DNA of 64,000 bases from Octopus bimaculoides (taxonomy: Eukaryota), in assembly GCF_001194135.2 (NCBI RefSeq), contig NC_068994.1, forward strand, positions 20,436,234 to 20,500,233, given 5' to 3'. Within the stretch, counting starts at the first letter, position 1. Every line of letters begins with the position of its first letter. A program made the translations under genes and the position numbers. Shown here piece after piece: positions 12,301 to 21,543 of this stretch. Under the pieces are notes generated by a model. The model worked only from the letters and a program-made list of their open reading frames with translations. It did not search any database and had not been told where the DNA came from.

Positions 12301-15300
12301 CCTGCCAAACTGCAGCCAGTCTTTTCACTCCCTTGCTATTACTTCTCAACTATGTGGACAGTGTAAGCAAATTCCCTGGAAAAAACTTTCACATATTCTA
12401 TCCACTTTGCATTGCACACACTAGGTAAAACACCTCCAAAATTATTCCACTCTACTCTCCAAGTTAATCCCCACATACCAGATACAAAAGCAACTCCTGT
12501 AGGTTCATGTGAACTGGGCCACTAGCCCTACCAGTATCTCTTCCGTAACTATCATATAAGGTGCTCCAAGGCAAATCCCTATCCTTGCCAAACTCTCCAA
12601 TCTCTCTCTCTGCATAAATCTCTCCAGATCTTTGGAAACCTACTACAATGTATACCATTCTGCTCTTACTGTCAACTTATTGCCTTCACTTTCAACATCT
12701 CAAAAGATGACATATGATCCATAAGATCTACAAGAGATTACACTGTTTATAAATTCTTCCTTAATATATGTTGAACATTTCAGTAGTTAGGTGGGAAGGT
12801 GAGCAATTGGAAACAAAGCTCTTTACCAAATTTTAACTTGAGTTGTTTAGTCCAGGCCAATCTTGACTGAGGAGACATGATCAAAGAGCATTCCAGTCAT
12901 GACCATCAGTCTTTTATGGGGATATTTATGTCACACACCAGTGAGCCCTCATCCTTCAGAAATTTGGCAAAACAATTTTGTATGATACCAACAAAGCATT
13001 CAACAATGTTTGACATACCTACCTCCCAGCTGAACTGCCTACCAATTGGCTCTAGCCATCTCTCATTATTGAAATCTGATGCTTCTAGTCTAATTACATC
13101 ATTAACATACTGATGGAAGTCTGACTTCTGCCATCAATTTTGGGGTGCTCTAAGTTTCCATTGTGTCCCAACAACCTCCCTCATATACATCAACAATCTA
13201 CGTGCCAGTATATCCAAAACCAAACACCCTTATGCAAAGATATCCTACATACACATCTCACACCAATCNNNNNNNNNNNNNNNNNNNNNNNNNNNNNNNN
13301 NNNNNNNNNNNNNNNNNNNNNNNNNNNNNNNNNNNNNNNNNNNNNNNNNNNNNNNNNNNNNNNNNNNNNNNNNNNNNNNNNNNNNNNNNNNNNNNNNNNN
13401 NNNNNNNNNNNNNNNNNNNNNNNNNNNNNNNNNNNNNNNNNNNNNNNNNNNNNNNNNNNNNNNNNNNNNNNNNNNNNAAAACCAAACACCCTTATGCAAA
13501 GATATCCTACATACACATCTCACACCAATCATGTATTACCTCCATGAACAGAGGCCCAAATTGCTATTACCGCAATTAGGTCATGTTAATACTGATTCCA
13601 ACAGTACAAAGACAAATATTAGGCGTATCAAAAAAACATACTCTAACTCAACATGCATCTACAACCCCACAGATCTCACAAGTCACAGATGGTTGTGAGA
13701 GTCATTCGTACAACATTTTTCTCAACCTCCAAAATCGATAGTGAACGTCAGAGTGAACTCCAGCAGCATATCAATGATGCATTGTGATAAAGAAAGATGG
13801 GTAGATTGGTAGGCAGTTTAGCTTGGAGACAGGTATGCTAGACATTGCTGAATGCTATTCCAGTTAAAACAGACTTTCACTAATATAGTCTTTTAATACA
13901 GTACAGAAATCGTACTGAGAAAATTCAAGTTCAGCAAGGTTGTAGTAACTGATGACATTCATAAGACACACGCACAACCTCCTGTCAAAGGAAAGGGAAC
14001 ATTTCTTAAATAGCCCTTAAAAAGATGGATGGTCATGACTAGAATACCCTCTGATCAGGTCTCCTCAGTCACGATCAGCCTGGACAAGTCAAATTTGTTA
14101 AAGAGCTTTGTTTCCAACTGCTCACCTTCCTACCTAACTACTGAAATGTTCAACATATATTAACATTAAGGAAGAATTTATAAACAGTGTATTAGTATTC
14201 ATACTATCCTACAAGGAAGGAATAAGTGACTGAAGGGGAAATAGTTGACCTAATTAGTAGTTAATGAAGACACATTTTATAAGTAAGAAAATATTTATGT
14301 TAGAAAATAAATAATGATTATCATTATTTGCCGAGGTCAAGACTTCTTCCACTTAGTCTTTCATGTGACCGAGGAAGCGGGCAATCAGTACTACCCAAGC
14401 ATAGGGAGCGATTTAATTAACTTCTCCCAGTCCACAAATTCAAGTTAGAAATAATTATTTCGTAAATGTAAAAACAAAATAAGTAAACTCTAGGTCAAAG
14501 TGCGTCCTTCTAGTTAATGCTCTATTTCTAACGTCATAAATAATTCACGCTTTGTATAAGATAATTATCCACTAGTTAAGACTACAAGAAAAAAAATTTG
14601 TTGATACGATTTTGAGATGTAAATGTGTAATTTTAAGTCTGCACCAAATATACTCAATTTATACCTACTCAAGTTCTGTAACTCTAACTCCCAAAGATAT
14701 ATATGGTGTCTATTCATCTTCTGTTATAAATAATTTGCATAAATTAGAGAAAAATGTTTTACACTTAATTATGCCTTACATATACAGACGAACATAACTA
14801 CAGCATATTGTACAAGAACCCTGCAATGGGTGCGTGTATAAGATCGGAANNNNNNNNNNAGAGAGAGAGAGAGAGAGAGAGAGATTTCTATATGTGACAG
14901 TGGATTTTCATTGATGAGTTCATGAACCTTGGTTCTTTTCCCTAAATATATATATAAATATATATAGACAATTGCAGCGTGGAAGGTGTTTATAAGCCAT
15001 TTAAAAACACACAAAAATCGTTAGATCCACTTCAACATTTAAATTTAATTTGTCAAAATATTTTCGTTACTTTGAAACCGCGACCTGTTCACTAACAAAA
15101 TTCCGTGCTGCCCACACAAACACTCGTGACAGACGACTAAACTGTTACAGGTTTCCACGATGTATGGACCAAACTTCTTATTGAATATTTCGCGATAAAC
15201 TACAGATCATAATTACGGCTATAGTTTTACACACTTTCTTGTTTGTTACTACTTCTCAGGAATAATTTCAATGCAAAACACAAAATATTTACGAAAATAT

Positions 15301-15664
15301 CCACACGGAAATCTATTTATGACATCAATTATTTTATTTATTAATGAAACAGTACAAACGACACCTTATAAGAAATAAATAAATATTCTATTCTTTAAAT
15401 AACGATAACAGCAAATGTATTATTAAGGATTAAAAGCAAACATTAGGTTTAGGCCATTGTAGGCGGATATTAAGGTTCGAGAAAGCAATGACATTATTAC
15501 TGCAGGAGGTATTTAACACACAAAACATAAGAAATTCCGATAATTCATTGTACATACCCTTTGTTTGGGGAAGTAGACATTGTGTATTGGACAAAAACTG
15601 GAATGACAATACCAACACATGCCCAAAATAGAGTCACAACGGTCATTACAACTTCGGTCGACAT
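3381..15664 (-). CDS. ATP6V0E1: V-type proton ATPase subunit e (V0 e), spliced gene, 85 aa
   Basis: join complement(15558-15664, 6854-6901, 6132-6225, 3381-3389), all GT-AG with phases 2,2,0. Translation [85 protein letters not shown]. The FW..VG, PNKG, CCYLFW and [10 protein letters not shown] motifs are diagnostic of the family. The paralog number (E1 vs E2) is not meaningful in invertebrates. Confidence 0.95.
4115..4392. mobile_element. piggyBac-type MITE
   Basis: TTAA|CCCATTACCTACCA ... TGGGAGGTAATGGG|TTAA. Confidence 0.7.
4771..5150 (-). mobile_element. tRNA-derived SINE (abundant family)
   Basis: homologous to the copies at 22347, 27356, 33976 and 59372; internal CA/TA microsatellite. 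Confidence 0.7.
6132..6225 (-). CDS. ATP6V0E1: ATP6V0E exon 3 ([31 protein letters not shown])
   Basis: acceptor tttttctacag, 94 nt, donor gtaagt; visible inside ORF 6054..6350. Confidence 0.95.
6854..6901 (-). CDS. ATP6V0E1: ATP6V0E exon 2 ([16 protein letters not shown])
   Basis: acceptor ttctttttccag, 48 nt, donor gtaagt. Confidence 0.95.
7163..7890 (+). mobile_element. internally deleted Tc1/mariner-superfamily (maT/DD37D-like) transposase relic
   Basis: HTH-like N-terminus, [21 protein letters not shown]....VWQQD.APCH, degenerate WPPNSPD-like motif. Confidence 0.6.
7895..8625 (+). mobile_element. RTE-clade LINE 3' fragment (PHD-like finger and RT thumb)
   Basis: ORF 7943..: [46 protein letters not shown]; closely similar to the 59.6-62.9 kb element. 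Confidence 0.85.
10400..11950 (-). mobile_element. highly decayed RTE-like LINE relic
   Basis: faint endonuclease-like and WPCS.C..GVG.NSI-like remnants on the minus strand; boundaries approximate. Confidence 0.3.
12739..14191. repeat. long imperfect inverted repeat (foldback-like element) in ATP6V0E intron 1
   Basis: 12739-12916 is the reverse complement of 14018-14191 with scattered mismatches; second block about 13000-13075 vs 13790-13850. Confidence 0.75.
15052..15096 (-). ncRNA. degenerate hammerhead-like motif with G3-C8 core
   Basis: GUUA-GUGAACA-G-GUCGC-loop-GUAAC-GAAA-AUAUUU-UGAC; stem II imperfect. Confidence 0.3.
15558..15664 (-). CDS. ATP6V0E1: ATP6V0E coding exon 1 (MSTEVV...SPNKG)
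   Basis: ATG at 15664-15662; 107 nt; donor GG|gtatgt. Confidence 0.93.
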
Positions 15665-15711
15665 GATTCTCTCTCAGAGAAGATCGATGAAGGAAAAATA
15701 ATTTTCGAGAA

Positions 15712-15721
15712 GTCACATGAC
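15712..15721. promoter_or_regulatory. CLEAR/M-box-like E-box GTCACATGAC at the ATP6V0E 5' end
   Basis: 48 nt upstream of the ATG; one mismatch to GTCACGTGAC; a second TCATGTGAC at 14361-14369 in intron 1. Confidence 0.55.
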
Positions 15722-15925
15722 TGTAACTAGATTCTGCTACACTTTTATTTTCGTATTCTATTTAATTGGATTCATAAAATACACTTACTACTACTGGAAT
15801 AAAATTTTAAAACCGAAAAATCGATATTTAGTTAATTTTTTAATGAGCGTGTGTGTGTATTTTTAGATATAATACACACACACACACATATTTATGTATA
15901 TACAATGGATTTATGTATATGTATA

Positions 15926-16128
15926 TAGGGTGGCCCAAAAGTAGGTTTACACATGCAGGCACTTTAAATTTCTTTTAAAACATTTTATTATATTTAAATT
16001 TCTATCTTACAATTAACTAAATCAGCATAGAATAATAGTTTCATTTTTTTTTATAATAAAGATCTAAAGTGTTAATATATGAATGCGAAATAGTTGAATA
16101 ACTGTAAACCTACTTTTGGGCCACCCTA
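15926..16128. mobile_element. Tc1/mariner-type MITE
   Basis: TA|TAGGGTGGCCCAAAAGTAGGTTTACA ... TGTAAACCTACTTTTGGGCCACCCTA|TA, perfect 26-bp TIRs. Confidence 0.85.
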
Positions 16129-16234
16129 TATAAATATGTTATACTTTCGTACAAATCCTAGTTTCACAGGCTCACACGAGCGCGCACACATGGTCAGACA
16201 TCCCCCCCAATTGATTTCCGAGACATGCAATTTA

Positions 16235-16442
16235 ACATTATTTACATTTGACGGATATTCGTCCTCATCTTGTTTGTTGTTAACAAAACGTTTCGGCTGA
16301 TATACCCTCCAGCCTTCGTCAGGTGTCTTGGGGAAATTTAGAACCCGGGTTCTCATTCCTAAGGTTAGAGAGTATATCAGCCGAAACGTTGTGTTAACAA
16401 CAAACAAGATGAGGACGAATATCCGTCAAATGTAAATAATGT
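16235..16442. mobile_element. Penelope-like LTR fragment arranged as a 71-bp inverted repeat
   Basis: 16235-16305 vs 16372-16442 match at 70 of 71 nt as reverse complements; ACGTTTCG...CTTCGTCAG signature. Confidence 0.55.
16282..16327 (-). ncRNA. minimal type I hammerhead ribozyme motif (Penelope-like)
   Basis: minus strand GACAC-CUGACGA-A-GGCUG-loop-CAGCC-GAAA-CGUU-UUGUU; canonical core, 5-bp stem II, palindromic AACGUU stem III, one stem I mismatch. Confidence 0.55.
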
Positions 16443-17984
16443 AAATAATTCCTCATCTCTTAAATATAGAACTGTATTATGCAATTTAACTCAGAAAAAA
16501 ACCTATCACTTTTTTGGATGTAAGCAAAAAATTTGGGAAATTTTTACCANNNNNNNNNNNNNNNNNNNNNNNNNNNNNNNNNNNNNNNNNNNNNNNNNNN
16601 NNNNNNNNNNNNNNNNNNNNNNNNNNNNNNNNNNNNNNNNNNNNNNNNNNNNNNNNNNNNNNNNNNNNNNNNNNNNNNNNNNNNNNNNNNNNNNNNNNNN
16701 NNNNNNNNNNNNNNNNNNNNNNNNNNNNNNNNNNNNNNNNNNNNNNNNNNNNNNNNNNNNNNNNNNNNNNNNNNNNNNNNNNNNNNNNNNNNNNNNNNNN
16801 NNNNNNNNNNNNNNNNNNNNNNNNNNNNNNNNNNNNNNNNNNNNNNNNNNNNNNNNNNNNNNNNNNNNNNNNNNNNNNNNNNNNNNNNNNNNNNNNNNNN
16901 NNNNNNNNNNNNNNNNNNNNNNNNNNNNNNNNNNNNNNNNNNNNNNNNNNNNNNNNNNNNNNNNNNNNNNNNNNNNNNNNNNNNNNNNNNNNNNNNNNNN
17001 NNNNNNNNNNNNNNNNNNNNNNNNNNNNNNNNNNNNNNNNNNNNNNNNNNNNNNNNNNNNNNNNNNNNNNNNNNNNNNNNNNNNNNNNNNNNNNNNNNNN
17101 NNNNNNNNNNNNNNNNNNNNNNNNNNNNNNNNNNNNNNNNNNNGCTTTTTACATGGCACTAGCACAGGCAAGGTTAATTTTGGCATGATTTTTACAGCAA
17201 AATGCCCTCCTAAATGCTAACCACTTTACAGTGTTGACTGGATGCTTTTTACGTGGCACCAGCACTGGCAAGGTCACCAAGTAACTAACAAGTCAAAAAA
17301 TTATGAGAGATGCAGGAGCATTTGAGGAGGGGAGCTCATGTCAGAGGGTGACAAAGAGACAGAGAGGCAGAAACAGGTGTCTTACTATAACGGAGGGAGC
17401 ATTGGAGAAGGTGATCCAGTATCAGATGATGAAAGGTTAGAGTGTGACAGAGAAATAGGGAGGCAGAAATAGGTGTCTTGCTATAGAGGAGGTACATGGT
17501 TAGCTAGTGAGAGAGAGAAAGAAGAGAGAAAGAGAAAGAAGAGAGAAAGAGAAAGAAGAGAGAAAGAGAAAGAAGAGAGAGAGAGAGGTTCAAGAAAGAG
17601 GACAGAAACAGGTGTAAAGGAGATACTTGGTTACCTAGTCAGAGGTAAACAAGAGGAGAGAGAGTGATCAAGGATGAGGGTAGAAATAGGTGTGCTGTTG
17701 TAGAGAAGATACATGGCTACCTAGCCAGAGGGAAAAGCAAGGGAAAGAGAGAGAGAGAGGGTAGGAAACAGCAAAAGTGTAAGAGAGAGCAGGGGAATGA
17801 TGGTGACGTGTCAGGGTGAACTCACAAGTAACAAGGCTCAGAGCCACTAGCACAGCTAGAGTGTGTGTTGCCTGGGGCGGCCTTCCATTTGCTGCCCCTG
17901 GACCCCACAAAAAACACGTATTGCCTACAGCAGACCCAAAAGTGGTGCTGCCTGGGGTGGACCACCCCCTCCCTAGCTACACTA

Positions 17985-18026
<42 letters not shown>

Positions 18027-19786
18027 CAAGGATTTTAACTTTTAAATTTGTATATTTAAAAGAGACAGAAACTTCAAACTCGATATATCCAAGATCGATT
18101 TATTCACCACTCTATGTCAACATTTCTGTGCCAAACTTATCCAGTGACTGGTCCATTGGATTTTANNNNNNNNNNNNNNNNNNNNNNNNNNNNNNNNNNN
18201 NNNNNNNNNNNNNNNNNNNNNNNNNNNNNNNNNNNNNNNNNNNNNNNNNNNNNNNNNNNNNNNNNNNNNNNNNNNNNNNNNNNNNNNNNNNNNNNNNNNN
18301 NNNNNNNNNNNNNNNNNNNNNNNNNNNNNNNNNNNNNNNNNNNNNNNNNNNNNNNNNNNNNNNNNNNNNNNNNNNNNNNNNNNNNNNNNNNNNNNNNNNN
18401 NNNNNNNNNNNNNNNNNNNNNNNNNNNNNNNNNNNNNNNNNNNNNNNNNNNNNNNNNNNNNNNNNNNNNNNNNNNNNNNNNNNNNNNNNNNNNNNNNNNN
18501 NNNNNNNNNNNNNNNNNNNNNNNNNNNNNNNNNNNNNNNNNNNNNNNNNNNNNNNNNNNNNNNNNNNNNNNNNNNNNNNNNNNNNNNNNNNNNNNNNNNN
18601 NNNNNNNNNNNNNNNNNNNNNNNNNNNNNNNNNNNNNNNNNNNNNNNNNNNNNNNNNNNNNNNNNNNNNNNNNNNNNNNNNNNNNNNNNNNNNNNNNNNN
18701 NNNNNNNNNNTTTTGTGCTTTTCAACAAGGTAGTGTAAATATATTTATTGCTTTCAATTAATTATATGCACACACACCCATACATGCATGATAAATATGC
18801 TCTGTTCACTAGCATGATCAGAGCATAGATGTGATGGTAGAGTAAGGAAGAGAGCGGTACGAAGGTCATAATATATGCAGTCAGGTATTGCCAAGAAGGT
18901 GCAAGTAGGGAGTGGGGATTGCAGTGACTGGCGAAAACCTGGGTATAAAAATGGGGGTGGGGTGGAAAGCAGCAATACAGTCAGCAGGGCAGTGAGGGCA
19001 GGAAAGGGGACTGGAAGACAATCATAGTTTATGAAGAGGAAATGTAAGGAAGAGAAAGATGCAGTTTAGAAGAGATGTAGTTCAGTTTGTTGGGGTAGGG
19101 TGTGTGAAAAATTTATTGTTACATGTGGGGGGGACACAATGCTTCTAGCACTCTGTTTTGCTGACATGGGTGGGTCTTCTCGAGAACCTCATATTGCCAA
19201 ACATCTCAGTCCATTGTCATCTCCTTCATGAGCTTCAACATCATAAGATCAGTCCTCACCACTTCATTCTACATCTTATTGCCATGTTTCTGTTAATCCC
19301 TCCAAAGGCCAGCCAGTCACCAAGGCTCTGTTAGATTCCTGTTTAACCATGCGGTCCAAGGAATTCTCCTTTCTAATGCATCTGTGTCGCTGAAACACTG
19401 AACTCACTTCTCATAACACCAACCTCACACCATCCAATGGTATCAAAAGGCACTACATAGACTTGATGGCCAAGGACTTCAAGGAAAGATACATACAGCA
19501 TTTGCAAAATCTCTAGAAGAAATGGGACAAAGAAGTGGAATTCCCTCTGTCCCTGCATCAAACCGAACTGACAGAATCGTCAGCATGCCAACCAATATGC
19601 TTAGTGGCATTTCATCTGCCTTCATGTTCTGAGTTCAAATTCTGCTGAGGTCAACTTTGCCTTTCATCCTTTTGGGGTCAATAAAATAAGTACCAGTTGG
19701 GTACTGGGGTCAATGTAATCAACTATCACCCTCCTCCATATTTTGGGCCTTGTGCCTATAGTAGAAAGAATTATATATATGTATAT

Positions 19787-19825
<39 letters not shown>

Positions 19826-21461
19826 NNNNNNNNNNNNNNNNNNNNNNNNNNNNNNNNNNNNNNNNNNNNNNNNNNNNNNNNNNNNNNNNNNNNNNNNNNN
19901 NNNNNNNNNNNNNNNNNNNNNNNNNNNNNNNNNNNNNNNNNNNNNNNNNNNNNNNNNNNNNNNNNNNNNNNNNNNNNNNNNNNNNNNNNNNNNNNNNNNN
20001 NNNNNNNNNNNNNNNNNNNNNNNNNNNNNNNNNNNNNNNNNNNNNNNNNNNNNNNNNNNNNNNNNNNNNNNNNNNNNNNNNNNNNNNNNNNNNNNNNNNN
20101 NNNNNNNNNNNNNNNNNNNNNNNNNNNNNNNNNNNNNNNNNNNNNNNNNNNNNNNNNNNNNNNNNNNNNNNNNNNNNNNNNNNNNNNNNNNNNNNNNNNN
20201 NNNNNNNNNNNNNNNNNNNNNNNNNNNNATATATATATATATATATAAAGGAGAAGGAGGCAGTCCGGATTTTGGATAATTCTTTATTAGCACTAACAAT
20301 GATCCTGGTTTTAATATCTTGAAGAGTTCAGTTAAATAAACAAAAGCACTAATAAAGAATTATCAAAAACACTGACTGCTTCCTTCTTCTTAATATACAA
20401 TATCTGTCCACCACTTCAAACACTTTGTACATATGCATGTGTGCGTGTGTGTGAGGGCAAACAAAAGAAAAAGGCACTCAATACATTTAGTAGGAGTTAT
20501 ATTATTATTTAAAACAGTTTGATCTGGCTCTATGTGGCTTAAAGTTTTGCAGGCTTCTTTACAGAAACCTAGCTCATTCAGGCTACTGGAAACAAGGCTG
20601 CTACTGATCAAGGCAGGTCATGGTTGGACAGGAAGCTGGTAGTGCCTTCATATCTGGCTGGCCTTTGGAGGGACTAACAGAAACACGGCCATATGTGGGC
20701 ACCCACATGCACAAATATTTAAGTGTGTGTGTCAGCTGTATATATCAGCTACTTGCATGTTATTGGCTGTATGAGTGTGTATGCAAATATATATGTACTA
20801 GTGCTTACTGTACACACGTGTGTGTGCGAGCATATTTACCGTGCCTGTATGGGTGTGTGTGCATATAGTTGATTGGAGGATATGAATATGTACATTCATG
20901 TATCTATATGTGAGCATATGAATGTGTGCATGTTTGTCTGAAAGGACATATATATATATACGTGCATGTGTTTTATCCTATGTCTGAATGTGTGTCTGTG
21001 TGTGTGTGTGCTTTTAGTATTTATGTGTGCAAGCACGACAGATGTTTGCTAGTGTAATTGAATAAGATGGGACCCTGTTGATAATAGTTCATTCGATGTT
21101 TGAGAGTTTCATTCTGGAAGTTGCAAAATCTCCAGAGGAACTGGAACAGGGAGGAGGAATTCTCTCTATCCCTGCATCTAAGTGAGTGCATCTGCTGTGT
21201 GTATCTTCCCTTGTTCGTATAGTTCGTATAGTGCCTTTTGATACCATTGGATGGTGTGAGGCTGGCACTAAGCCGGTCACTAACAAATTGACAATGCGAT
21301 TTGTGGATAAATGAATTGGTGTGTGTGTGTGTGTGTGTTTCTGTATTAAGCAGAATACAAGTCTCGGCTTTGCTGCAGAAACACACCCACTTCAAGGGAA
21401 ACAACTGTAGTGGAAAGCTCTGACAACAACTCAACTACTTGAGTATTTCGCGTCCAAGAAA

Positions 21462-21543
21462 ATGCCGTTGAAAGGAATTCCCTCAATTATCAGTCCTGCT
21501 TTGCTTCATGCATTAGCTGCTATGGGACATGGAGATGAAATAG
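21462..21543 (+). CDS. FUOM: FUOM exon 1
   Basis: aaaATG start, MPLKG...MGHGDEI, donor G|gtattt. Confidence 0.95.
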
